This document shows positions 10,673-23,340 of a stretch of 64,000 bases of DNA, piece by piece. Source of the DNA: Tubulanus polymorphus (lineage: Eukaryota; Animalia; Nemertea). Location of the stretch: NCBI RefSeq assembly GCF_964204645.1, contig NC_134033.1, forward strand, positions 4,860,231 to 4,924,230, read 5' to 3'. A program made the position numbers and the translations under genes. The notes below the pieces were generated by a model. The model did no database searches, was not told where the DNA came from, and saw nothing but the letters and a program-made list of their open reading frames with translations. Numbering within the stretch: the stretch's first letter is position 1; each line of letters begins with the position of its first letter.

Positions 10673-13669
10673 TATATCGTTTGAATGGTTACAACATTTG
10701 CTAAATGAAATCGACTAATCAACCAGGTGTCTAGTCTGGTTTGAGTCTCTGACTTGTGCAGCAGACGGATGGAGTTTCAGATCCGTGCACATCACTGCAC
10801 CACACAACTTATGCACTGGGTTGTCCATAACATTCTCCCTTTAAATAGGACATCACCGAGAAATATCGTTTATCTTTAGCAAATGTTTACTTTGGTCGAT
10901 TATACTCAAGCTGTAAATTGAAATTCCAATGATTAATCTTCAAAAATTAATCTTGAAATCGTTACCTTGAATAGAGTAAGCGTCAAGTCAAATAGTCATT
11001 TGTAGCTTAACTAGATTTGTTTTTAGTAAGTATGAGCTTCGTCGAAAACTTGGTAATGTTTATGAGACAAGGAATGCTTTACAAAGATAAAACAGGATTC
11101 TCAACAAGGATACACACAAAATAGGAATTATTGTCGAACAGATATGTAAATAGATATAATATAGTATTATGTACAATCAGACATTGTGCTGAAAAACCAT
11201 CGTGAATATTACAGCTGGCATTAACTGTGCGAGAAAGATAAAGTTAGGAAAGTCACTTTTTATGTTAATAGTTCATTGGTTATCTCGCTTGCCGCAAACT
11301 CTTAACGTTTTTGGCATCGTTTGACAACTATGACGTCATGCCAATGCTTGTTAATTGATCGAAAGTCGTAGTAAAAATAACGCCGACGCTTCTCATTTTC
11401 GTAGTAACTACAAATTGAAACTCCGTTTACGTGAAATATTAGACACAGCTGGAAATGACTAAACATAATGTTTCGATTATCCCCCTACAACAAAGCGTCG
11501 CCAGATTTATGATTTAATGGTCCACAAAAGTTATTTCATCACATATTTGCTCGTTAATTGCTACCAACATGCATGTATAACTGGCTTAGATTCAGAAATC
11601 TAAAAATGAAACTTCTAGGTATAACGAGGTCATGCGCCAGAATGTCAGTAGATGGCGCCACGTAAATGTAGATATAGTCGTTCTGGGAAACCCAGAAATA
11701 ATTTTGAAAAAATAAACGGCAACCCGAATTCGATTTTATTCTATCACGCCGTAACTCGTAAGTTTAAACACGGTTCACAACTCGAAAGTAAAACGGATCA
11801 TGATAGCGACACGAATACGAATACGCTCCAAACATTTCCATGGTAAGAGGATGGAAAAAACGGTACTTAAAAATAATTACATAAACGTTAATTAAAGCAT
11901 TTAAAACTTCATAAACTGGACTCACATTCTACCGCAGAGGTCTCCACATCTACCGCAGAGATTCAGAATTACGATTTAGACCGGACCTGGTACCAATTTC
12001 TGTCCACACACATATGTACATTCAGACTGGTCCAAAATTTGGACCGAACCTGGTTCGCTCTTTTAGAACCAAATTTAGACCGGTCTAAATTTCGTCTTGT
12101 GAACGCGCCCTTAGAATAAACCGAATTAGTCTTGGGTCTAACGGCAACCTTTCCTGTTTATACTCCCAAGTAGGCATTTGGTCGGGAGCACTCGGAGATC
12201 TTCAGTGATGATGAAGAAATGCCTCGAAAATATTAACAGTAAGAAAAAGTATACAACGACAAAAACGATATTTATTATTTCAACAGAAAATCCGTGGACA
12301 CACATTTCATGGGGTCGTGGGTGGTCGTGTACGTACGGAAGTGGATACGTAATGTCCTATCTATATGAGGTACAACCAAAAATTATCACGATTGATCAGG
12401 ATTCGCAATTGAGATTCACTTGGGGTAAATTGATGAATATGTACGAACAAACTACATTTTAACAATTGACTTTACCACTATATATTTGACTACAAGCAAC
12501 GTATGAATATATCTATATCGGACTATTTTACACTACTAGGCTACTATATCTGTTAGGCCACACAAAGAAATACCCTAGTTTCTCATCAGATTTTTATCTG
12601 GAAAGTGACGAAGGCGGGCGAATTTTATTTTTATTCCTTTTTTCGAATGAAAAAGTTGAAATAAAAAGCTAAACCTGAGACTTATAGAACAGACGCGGGA
12701 GGGAAGTTTTTTTTACCAATGCCAAACAAATACCATTAATGCAAGTAGAACATATGCAAAAAAAACTTTATTTAGAATTAAGTAGCTCCCAAAAACCTAT
12801 AAAATCAAACTATATCGACTCATTTAATGGAAACTAATTTTCGCAGGTTTCACGCTTCCTCGTAATAAGTAAAATAAAACAAACTTGGCGCTGTTTTTGT
12901 CACCGTAAATGTTGATTACATGGACGTCGAGGATGAGCATATTAACGCCCGCAGAAAAAAATACAATGGACACTATACAGCTACGCAGGCGAGCGGGTTT
13001 TAATTTTTTATCAAAAAACGCTTTGTCTTTTTAGTTTTTATTAGGGATTTTTTCATGGTGTGGGTGGCATTTGACTTTCTTGAGAAACTAGTTTGTCGTG
13101 TGGTCTTTGACTACCAACCGATGACTACTACGATCAACGTTCGTTATAACGCCAACATACTTAATGTGGTCGCTCACTTAACGCCATCGTGTTTCAGAGA
13201 ACAAATCTGCCAAATCCAACACAAACGAAAATTCTATTCTGTATGAGATGTCAATTTTGTTATAATGCAGTGTGTTCAATTGGTCCCAATAGTGGCATTT
13301 AAAGGACTTCTACTGTATATCCATACGACACTACTTTACGTATTTGACTACATCTATATTATGAACATAAGTTTAATGAATCACATTTGACTAATGCCCT
13401 ACCGTAGCAATTTGTTTCGAAGTTCGACGATAAGTAGATACTGTTACTTTTTTTATTGTGTCTACATTTTCCGATGCAAGCTTTCTATGAGTATATTTAA
13501 ACGACTGTAAGACATCTCTAGAGAATGCTGAGCAGCAGGTTTGACTAGTTTGCCATCTAGAGGTAATACAAGTTATGAATCTGTCTTCAGTCTGGTAACC
13601 ACGCCTATACCTATTAGATTACATCGTCCCGGGCATGAGACCATCGGTTGAAGAGTTCTTTTAATCTAC

Positions 13670-16600
13670 TCAATTTTTGGCGGCTCGACTAAAATTGAAT
13701 TTCGCTCGACACATATCGAACACTCGTTTGTTGGCGATGAAAGCCAAGAAAACCAGAAAACCTTGAGACGAATTCAACAAATTGAAGAAATACCAGAGAT
13801 AATCGTTATTTACGAACGACGCTACGAACCCGACGATCCATGTTACCCCGGTCACTAAAGCCATCAGATAGAAAATGAATGTGGTCGTCCTCTTCTGTTT
13901 AGCGTTAGATGAAGAAGTGGACATCGCGGAAAATGACCGGTGAATGCAGTAAACTGTAGCTACGAATAGAATTATACTGACCAGATCGATAATACCGATC
14001 GGTAGAATGAACGCCATCAATAGGGAGAAACTGGAACTAAACCAACAAGTAACGGGGCTTCCGTAAACCGCACCGGAGTAATGAGTGGTATCGGTGTTGT
14101 GTAGGACGATACAGGGTCCGACAATGAGGAATGGAGAAAACCAAACTGATAGTAGATAGTACAGTAACGTCTTAGTAGAATCGACCAGTTTACGAATAGT
14201 GGAAAATGTAAGGAACATGTGAATAGAAACAGCGGCCATAGAAGCGAAAACAACCATCCAAATATAGTGTTTAACAGCAGCCATCGACACGCATAGTAAT
14301 CGATTATCAACGCCAACCAGGCTGGAAATATGAAGAGTTTGAGCCAAGGCGAGAGTTATACAGAGATTGATGATGAGTTTACCGGGAAGAGTTCGCAGAT
14401 CGGGAATATTCAAATAGATTACCACCGTTATCACGAGACTGACGACGGACAGACAGCTACAGGTGAAGGTAATCAGGAAATCGTGATCGGAAAATAACGA
14501 ACTGACCGTTATTTTGAATTTTGAATTGTTTTGTCGTCTGCAAACCATGGCTCCTGTACCAGAATACACTCGCACGCAGTCGATGATTTTAGTGGAACAT
14601 TTACTCGATTTTACTATTTTCGTTTTTCCGTCGTCGCTGGCGATTTGAAAAATTCTGTAATATTTGAAAGACGGGTTGGACTGGGCTAGAAACGAGTTAC
14701 TTCCGGTTTGGGTCATATTATTTTCTATGTCTGCCTCTGTATCGATGACGTCACAGCGAGTATTCTTAGTCAAACTCGTAGTCGACAACTCGTAACCGGA
14801 AATGGTCACCAGACTGCCATCATTACCGAATTGACACTTGATCATCGCCTCATATTTGCTCACGATTGATTCCATAGTGACGTCACCGAGAAACTCTTCG
14901 TGATTGGTAAGCGTGAAGTCGCGTCTGTACAATGACGATTCATGGCTTAAAGATGATAAACTTCCTATTTCTTTAATCTTTGATTTATCGACATCGCCGC
15001 AGACTTTCACTTTGAAATACATCAATTCATACCCGAAGTTTTTCATAACAAATCGCTGAGTTTCGTTAAACGTAATAAAGAAAGAGAAATACACGCGTAC
15101 GGATATTCTAGGCCATTCGTTCTCAACAAGCCGACAGACGGCGTTGTCTTCGACGGTACCCAGGAGCCGGTATCCACGTATACAGTCGTATCCGCGACAT
15201 CTACGCGTCTCCTGGTCAAATATTTCGTTTGTTTCCGAGCAGAGAAAGTCTTTCGGCGCCCACGAGATGACGGGCATTCCCGCAGTTCGAAATTCTACGC
15301 CGTTCGCGAGACTGAAATCGAGTAAGATATTCAAACCGAATGTTTTTTGGCCGGTTAGATCATAATTACAAACTAAGGTCGATTCGTTTAAAACACTGTC
15401 ACTCAGTTCACATTTCATACAGTAATAATTACGGTATGTTTTCACCCGTCCACCGACTACAGCTAATATCGGGTTAATCACCCGTCTGCATTTAGACCTT
15501 AAGTCTTGATCTGCTGACTCGTTGCAGTGTGACGTCACGGGTAGGTTACTGCGCATGCACGGTTGTAAAACCATGCGAAGTTTCCTGTGATGCGCGTAAG
15601 ATAAACGACAATCTTCGGGCAGCCGAACCTTCGCGGTATCGTCGCTTAAAGACGCGTTGTGCACGCTCGTGATGACGTCATCGATTCGTGTTGTGTTAGT
15701 GCACTGCAGGACGAGACTAGCCGGTTCGTATCGAGTGTCGTTGAACCCGTGACACATCGCGCAATACATATTCTTAAAGGGAAGCCAGTCGTCGATGTAG
15801 ACGGGAATCGTCGTAGCTAGATTACTGGACGGCGATTCGCAATAGCGACGCACGTCTGAATTCAAGTCGAAATCACTCGGGCATCGACCGATCGCTAAAC
15901 CTTTTGACTGATACGTCTCGATTCCGATTCCGTATATACAGTCGGTCCATTGAATTTGTTGTATCGTTTTTTTTTCGTCTCAATTCGTCCGCGTCGCTTC
16001 TTATGACGCACTTTCCAATCAGGTCACAACAGTTGTTGAACAGTCCACAAGTACATAAATTAGCCAAACAACCCGTGACTGGACAAACTCGAACTAAATC
16101 ACCATCTTCATCTATTTGCTCTGATGCCACCTTGTAATCTCCGATCAGTTGGCTGTTTTTGTTGTCGCCTCTTTCGGGAATTTTTCGACCAGGAATCCCA
16201 CGTGCGTTACCCGTTATCCCAGTTCCGGGAATCTGTCTACTCGGCATTCCAGATTCTGGAAATCGTTGGGCCGCGATGAAATAATCTGAAATAATCATGC
16301 GGCTTTTAGTTTCGTTTTTTTCGATAAAACACTTAATACGCAGACCCCCGTTTTCTCCCTGCCCCTCGCCACTTGAGCCGCGACCACACGAGCGTTTTTC
16401 TTTCGAAAAAATCTTGAACGAATTTGCCAAATCTCACTTAACCCTGGGATACCCAAACATACTTCTGACAGTAGGGCATACCCCATATTTATTTTTTTTC
16501 AGTTCATTTGGGTCCCCTATGACCAATCAATATCAGTTTTGGGTATATTTTCACATCAACATGCTTTTTGCGAGGGGTCACATATGACCCCCAACTGCTT

Positions 16601-17486
16601 CATTATTAGTTAAGAGTACCTAAATATTTTCAGAGAAACTTCATAATATGAAAAAGTGCATCCTTTGCCCAGTGTTCCATATATGACCCCAATTCGTTGA
16701 TTGAAAACGTACAAGCTACGTTTTGGCTATGTGTCATTTAGGGTGGTAAATTTAATTTATGGAGCGCCACCATTTCTACCCGTTCAAACATGTCGATACA
16801 ATATCGTAATTTCTAAGTGAAAAACGTTTTCTTTAAGAATAATTAAAATCTGACTAAACAGATCCGCTCGAAAATTTAGAACCGAATCGGTCTTTTGGTT
16901 CGTCTAAATTGGTCATTAATCTAAAATACTCAACAAATTCAGAACAGATCTGGATCAGTTTCGTATGGTGGCTGATTCGAGCTATTCTAAAAAAAAATTC
17001 GACCGATGAAACGATTAAACAATTTTCATAATCGTTTTTTTTTCTATTTAACGCGCGGGAATTCAAAAAGTTTGGTTTGTCTCGCGCGATTGAACGAAAA
17101 ATATTGAATTCTCGCGCGGGAAAACCGCCAATGTGAAAATTTTTTTATCGTTGCTCTAGCCGTGCAGAAAATGTATTAGTATGGCCCGAATCAGCCACCA
17201 TAGCTTTTGGTTGGTCTAAATACGTCAGTGTTGAAAAAGAATGGGCCAATTTAGAACGAGCCATTCGCAAGTTGTGCACCCTCGGTCCGTTCTAAATTCG
17301 AACGGAATAAATTTACACGGACTACATTTTTACGGACTAAATTAAGTAACACAGTGTGAACACGGCTGATATATGCGAATCTCTAAATCGTAAACTTTCC
17401 CCGCAAGAAACTAACGAAATAGTTTTTGACTCACCGGTGCAGACGATCAGTAGAAGAAATCGATTTACGAAGGATTGGCGCGACAT
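13670..17486 (-). pseudogene. SMB/Cys-rich Methuselah/adhesion-type (secretin-family 7TM) GPCR, copy A, one frameshift; exon 1 17435-17486, exon 2 13670-16285
   Basis: Signal exon MSRQSFVNRFLLLIVCT then G|GTGAGT; acceptor tttcag at 16286; +1 T in the T9 run 15967-15975 (ttttgttt in copy B) splits ORFs 15873-16430 and 13670-15865; 7TM with LRTLPGK, CW and NSSQGFLVF. Could be a homopolymer sequencing error. Confidence 0.82.
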
Positions 17487-17639
17487 CTCAAACACAACTC
17501 GATTGGCAACTCGTAAATGAGATCGAGTAGAACGACTTTTGCCATCTTATACGGTTAGATATCGTAACCTGTTATTATCTTCACCAGATATCACAGGCTG
17601 TTCGCGAGGCATAATAATAATATCTTTGATCATAATGAT

Positions 17640-17945
17640 AATGATTATATGTGTCTTATATAGCGCTAAAGCTGCTCAGAGCGTTTCAGATTTTACGGTA
17701 TTAATACCCCAACCATTTTGATACCCTCACATGTATCAGTCATCTCTCCCTGGAGAGAAGTAACAGCCTAGCTAGGCGCTCAGGAGTCATCTATCAGACC
17801 CTGTACCTGTTTTCTCCTGGGTGGAGAGAGGATAAGTGTCTTGCCCGAGGACAATACGGTAATGTACGGGTTTCGAAACCACGACCTGGCTTCCCTGATC
17901 AGCCGAACGCTCTAACCGCTCCGCGCTCCACACCGAGGCGTGGAT
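17640..17945 (-). mobile_element. tRNA-derived SINE with L2-like 3' tail
   Basis: On the minus strand: A/B-box head (gagcggttagagcg...gtttcgaaaccc), central gtcctcgggcaagacactt...ccacccagg, tail ttagcgctatataag then ATC/ATT repeats; second copy at 41336-41640. Confidence 0.8.
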
Positions 17946-18189
17946 ACAGTAATCCATCATATCGAGTGCCCATACTTTAATTTTCGAATCGAGCCAGGGC
18001 TCTGGATCCGCCCCTGATAGTAACTATAGGAGTCATGCTCCGTTGCGGGAGATCTCTATTTCGCAGCGCGACAAGCTGAAGCACAAACACCGCCACACAT
18101 AACTAGAAACTAAAATTCCGAATTTTGCGTCCGAAATAAATATACAGATAAAAATTCATGGAGTAATTCAGTGACTGTATTAGCGCGCT

Positions 18190-18735
18190 TAACTGATAGG
18201 GGTCTGATTTACACCGGGTATTAGATAAATCAGGACCAGTATGACGCATAGTGGGATTGAAGTCACGATAAAGAACACGCAGACCGGAGCCACCATTATC
18301 GTGGCTTGATTCGCGCTCGAGTTCGATTTACTGTTCTCGACTTTTTTTTCATCTGATTCATTCTATAGAAAATACAAGCCGTGATGAAAATAAGGCTTAA
18401 TGTCGGGTTAAAACCTTGTATCGTGACGATGAATAGTTAGGTGACCGTCATTAGAGTGGGATCGCTGAGGTAACAACCGTGTATATCGTCGTAACGGTTA
18501 ACGGTCAATAGAAACAGACTTATACCGGCGCAGATGACGAACGTTAGAAACGCCGTTAATGAAGTCTTAGTCGGTGTCCAAAAACTGGGACCCGAAAACG
18601 GAAATCGGATGATACAAAGACGCTCGACCCCGATCATAATCAGGAGACTGGGTGCGTAGCAACAGGTGGTGTTGTTGAAGAACTGTTGACCCGCGCAGAG
18701 GAACCAAGAGTTCAGGGGTATACAAATATAGCTTT
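18190..18735 (-). pseudogene. Class A GPCR fragment (TM3-TM6) with stops and frameshift
   Basis: GVERLCIIRFPF, ECL2 HGC, and after a stop/frameshift QATIMVAPVCVFFIVTSIP. Confidence 0.75.
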
Positions 18736-19344
18736 GACCCTAGACCTAGTCTTCAGTCATTGAATTTTATATACTCTACTTACGGGTCAAATTTAAAACA
18801 GTGTCTTAACCGTGTTCAAATTAAGCAAATCTTGCATTAAACCTCGTCGAAATATAGAAATGGCGCCAGGTATAGGTCTCTTTTTCCCTTTTGAAAAATG
18901 TTGTGTGAAAAAAAACAAGGAAAAATTCTGTTTTTGTATGGAAAATGAATATGTAGAATCCTTTCACTTTTGTGTGAAGAAATGTAAAAGTTTAAGAATC
19001 TTGCATCTCATCCCAGGTTTAGATAGAGTGCTATATGTAGTTAAACATTCTGTAGAATTCAAAAAGCCTCGGTGGTCTAGCGGGAAGACGCCGCGCTAGC
19101 AAATAGCCGGTCCGGTTTCGAATCTTGCTCTATTTTCTCTTCTCCTTTCTCAACACTTTCCTACTTCGTGACTCATGGTTTGGCCTAGGTCTATAAAAAA
19201 TTCTATGAAAATAAGTTTTTCTCGTGTTGACAAAAAATATCAGTGCTGTCTGTATCGGTTTTTTTTTGCGAAAGTTCAATGTACCTTGAACTTGGCGCCC
19301 GGTTCGTGCGTCCCCTGTGGAAGAAGCTTGCCCGCGTATGTTTT

Positions 19345-20450
19345 TCAAGCGCGGCCGGGTTTACATTTCTGCGTCGTTAACTCAACGACAGCAAGTCTGA
19401 ATTTACTGTTAGACAAACAATAGACTAGAAAGTTCATACACGAATCGACCACGGTCAGACCGATGGCGATTTTTCGCTGAACCATCCGCGACTCGTACAC
19501 GTTTAGATCAGCTATAGGAGTGTCCGGTATGGCGAAACCCGCGCGCTGCATCCGTCCGATAAACAGCAGCGATTCACAACCGACGAATACTGCGACGAGA
19601 GCGAACGACATTCTCAATGCGCGCAACTCCAACGTGTTGGAAGTTTGATTCTTTATCGCCGCCGAACGACTTTTCCCGATACCTGAAAATTTGTTCACGA
19701 TCAAAGCGACGATCAAAACGACGTTGACGGCGAACAGCGCGATCATCGGAGCGATGATGTTGATTAGGGTGCCCTGCCAGCCTTCCAGACGAGCTTTCCA
19801 GTGACCGAAAATGCGATGGAAAAAAGGGAAAAACCTGCCTTGCCCGAGAGTAGGGGAATAGTGAATACATCGCTGCGGCACGAGTGCGCGGTCCAAAATA
19901 ATGACGGAATGAAACACAAAAAACTGAACACGGTCAACAAGAATATAACACAATTGACGACTTTCCGCGTCCAGAACACTCGCGATTTCAACGGGAAAAG
20001 CGTAATTACGAGTCGTTCCAAACTGATCAGAATAACACACCAGTTTCTGATCAGCTGGAAGATGTAAAACGGTCCTAAAGCGACCTGCGTGAATTCCCAG
20101 CCGAAAAACCAGTCGTCTATACGCAAAACGGTGTCGCCTAGATGTACGTAGAGGTGAATCGCGCGTAGAGGATACATGACGAACACGCTCGACGAGTAAC
20201 ATATGTCGAAAATCGCGAGAACTTTCAGTAGATAGTAGATATCCTTGTTCATCTTTTTCAAGACTAGGATCGTCGTGACGTTCAAAACGACGCCCGATAT
20301 CGTGGCCGGTCCGTAGAAAAAGATGTACAGATAAACGCTGATTTTATACTCTAAACGGATGGGCAGTTCAGCCCGGGCCCTATCGCAAACTCCGAGATAG
20401 ACTCGTTTTGTGGTAATAGTCGACAGAACGGTGGTGTTTGAGTCAGCCAT
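19345..20450 (-). pseudogene. Intronless class A GPCR with one frameshift in ECL2 (~19800-19860)
   Basis: MADSNTT...TM1-4 with RNWCVILISLERL in ORF 19764-20504; TM5-7 with CES and DSCMNFLVY in ORF 19345-20202; 1106 nt, not a multiple of 3; A/G homopolymers near the switch. Confidence 0.85.
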
Positions 20451-21069
20451 CGGTTGTCTAGCAGCTCCTCGCGCCCATTGCAAATTTACTCTCTGAAATA
20501 TCACCCGCCTAAACTTGTCGACGTCAGTCAGTATACCCGCCTATTTTCAGTAGCAGGTAGAAATTTGTAAGACGACTGACTGCACGATGGTATATGTTGT
20601 CTAACCCGGAGGTGCAAGTTGATCGCAGGCCTATTCTAAATTATACAGCCACCGCTTCTGAACTATATGGAATATGAAGCTTGTTATTTTCAAAACTATA
20701 TATATGCATATATTCTTGTTCATGTTTAGCAAGTTTCAACTCGGATATTGGCTTATATAACGTTGAGATGTTGAGACTCGATAAGGCTGTATGTATGGTA
20801 AATGTCTCTTGCAGGGGTTGCATCGTCAATGAAAAACGACATTTTCTTCATACGGTTTTTGCATTCTTGCTAAATCCTCTTGTTGCGTGTCTTTTTTCGC
20901 AAAGCCGAACACTTCAAAAAATAACCTACGTTACCAAATCTTGAGGAATAGACAATTAGAAATGTTTGCAGTTTCAAAGCGGTAAACTACGCCAAAATCA
21001 GTACAGTTTGGACCAGGATTTGTTTTTACCCAATAAGACTGCTACCGAGTTAAATAGTGTATAGGATGA

Positions 21070-21072
<3 letters not shown>

Positions 21073-21100
<28 letters not shown>
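21073..21100. repeat. (TA)n microsatellite
   Basis: Direct reading. Confidence 0.95.
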
Positions 21101-21102
<2 letters not shown>

Positions 21103-21243
21103 AAATATATACAAAACCACTGAATTAACGGTTTACCAAGCAAGATAAACAATACTGATTTAGGAGGAGTCTACAGTAATTGGGGTATGAAAGTGATTCA
21201 GACGCTTCCTCGAAATTTGAAATTTTCTCCTTGAAAACTCCTG

Positions 21244-21340
21244 GATCCAGTTCCACAGTTCCCAGTTAAGATTTAAATCACAGAAAATGAATTAACTTTA
21301 ACTCAGAGTTAACTTTAACTCACAACTGTGGAACTGGGTC
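21244..21340. mobile_element. ~100 bp MITE with CCAGTTCCACA TIRs and CTG target duplication (PIF/Harbinger-like)
   Basis: ctg|gatccagttccacagtt...aactgtggaactgggtc|ctg; same family at 44843-44948, decayed copy at ~53367-53465. Confidence 0.8.
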
Positions 21341-21444
21341 CTGATATCTGGGAATGACCGATCTGATGGATAATTGTATGAATATTATTGAAATTCGTGA
21401 ATAACGAAAATAATTGGAATCGTTTCGTTAAATTTTTTTTGCAG

Positions 21445-21555
21445 AAAGCGCCGGATTCAACGACGCTTGAAGACGCCGATTATTCCTGCGAGACGTGCGA
21501 TCGCGGATTCAAACAAGAGGATAAATATAAAGAACACTGCGATCAACATGTCAAG
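21445..21555 (+). pseudogene. NUFIP1: Isolated exon encoding a NUFIP1-like C2H2 zinc finger
   Basis: ttttttttgcag|KAPDSTTLEDADYSCETCDRGFKQEDKYKEHCDQHVK|gtaggg, phase 0-0; resembles the NUFIP1 motif [21 protein letters not shown] as recalled; no other exons recognised. Confidence 0.7.
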
Positions 21556-21899
21556 GTAGGGAAGATCTTTACGAAATAGATATTCTTTTTTTAACCCTTT
21601 CAATTTCGAAGGACTTGTCAAATCCCATAAGGGCACTTTGACGTCACAAAGGGACAATATTAGGCGTAATCCTGCACTAAGTTGTACCAATCATCTGTTT
21701 GTTGAAAAAAGGGAAAAGGGCATAAATTTGATGGACTTTTACAAGTTCCCATGGATCAACCTTTGCTAGCAAATTCTTACCCTAAACTGCTGGACATAAT
21801 TTAATAATTCTGAAAAAATTACACCACAGCGAAAAATTGTATAAAATTTCAGAATCTTGCATCTCATCACAGGGTTAGATAGAGTGCTATATGTAGTTA

Positions 21900-22095
21900 A
21901 AACGGAAATCGGATGATACAAAGACGCTCGACCTCGATAATAATCAGGAGACTGGGTCCGTAGCAAGAGTTGGTGCTGTTGTAGAACTGTTGACCCGCGG
22001 AGAGGAACCAGGAGTTCACGGGTATACAAATCGAGCCGTTGATATGGAAACACAACGTGTTGACTAACGTCCACATGAGCATGTAGTGCCAATTA
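21900..22095 (-). pseudogene. Class A GPCR fragment (TM2-TM3), paralogous to 18190-18735
   Basis: ICIPVNSWFLSAGQQFYNSTNSCYGPSLLIIIEVERLCIIRFPF; nucleotide match to ~18595-18725. Confidence 0.75.
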
Positions 22096-23154
22096 CTCCT
22101 CGGAAAATTCAAGCCAAAGTCCAAGTTCATTACGATACGGATTATAGCTCACTTGCTGTTCATTATCATGCATTACAACTTCGTGTTATTTTGTAGTAAA
22201 TAGTCAAGCCATTCGTATCTAGTTTCTCATATAAGCTTTGACTTAAATCCCACAATAACCATTTTTCTTTTTGCAAAAAAAGTGTCATGGCGCATTCGGC
22301 CGGCTTGAGGAGTTTTAGGTAAGGCGGATACGGGCGGCGTGCGTCCCTAAGTTGCAAGATTGGCTGTAGAATTAACTAAGTTGGTCTTAGACTGGTCTTA
22401 AGTATAAGCCATGACTGTGCAACTGGCCCCTAATATAGCACCATACCCCGTATACCGCCCAAATCACTCTGCATTTATGTGGGCGGTATATCGGGATTAA
22501 CTATTAGATATCTATGTCTATTTGAATACGTTCTATATATCAATATGAATATATATTTGATTATAACACTACAAACCGGGAGAGACTACGTCTATTATAA
22601 AATATCTATATTTGACCACAGTGACACGGTATCAATTTGTTTCGAAGCTCTGGATCGGAGCGATATACTGCTCAACTTCTGCCGACGACAGAGACCCGTC
22701 AACCCACTAACCAGTGACGTCAGTCGTTTGGAACTAGTTGCACGGCGTTACTGACGTCACGTCGCAGTCGACCTGCATCAACCTACTGTATCTGATTCTT
22801 GATCATTTTTGCTTATTCGCTCGCTGTTTTGGAGGCTTTGGAGGTTTGACCCAGTTTGAATTTCGCTCGACACATATCGAACACTCGTTTGTTGACGATG
22901 AAAGCCAAGAAAACCAGAAAACCTTGAGACGAGTTCAACAAATTGAAGAAATACCAGAGATAATCGTTATTTACGAACGACGCTATGAACCCGACCACCC
23001 ACGTGACCACTAAAGCCATCCGGTAGAAAATGAATGTGGTCGTCCTCATCTGTTGAGCGTTAGATGAAGAAGTGGACATCGCGGCAAATGACCGGTGAAT
23101 GTGGCAAACTGTAGCTACGAATAGAATTATACTGACCAGATCGATAATACCGAT

Positions 23155-23286
23155 TTACGATTTACGATTTTATTTACACTACAACCATTTCCATGGTATA
23201 TGGAGGAAAACTATTACACATGTATATACAAATATTTACATAACAAAACACTGAAGTGGTTAAAATTTAGAGAATGAAAAACTTAA

Positions 23287-23340
<54 letters not shown>

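Larger units (their letters stand above)
1..16200 (+). repeat. Segmental duplication, copy A (probably extends left of the window)
   Basis: Colinear near-identity with 36428-~52350, starting cgtctctaaaacgctt and covering all genes, introns and intergenic DNA; differs by substitutions and TE indels. Confidence 0.97.

Noticed and set aside
11970-12115. Palindrome-rich aatttagaccggtctaaatt tract (similar at ~16855-17365 and ~53270-53350)
   Set aside because: Likely decayed MITE pieces; ends and TSDs could not be defined
8929-12462. Short ORFs conserved in both duplicate copies (8929, 9975, 11652, 12178 and partners)
   Set aside because: Conservation is explained by the recent duplication; intronic or repeat-derived, no domain features
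14017-15365. Overlapping or antisense ORFs within GPCR genes
   Set aside because: Shadow frames of real coding sequence
19064-19130. tRNA-like sequence (tggtctagcgg...gtttcgaatc)
   Set aside because: A/B boxes only; stems do not form a proper cloverleaf; likely a SINE head or tRNA relic
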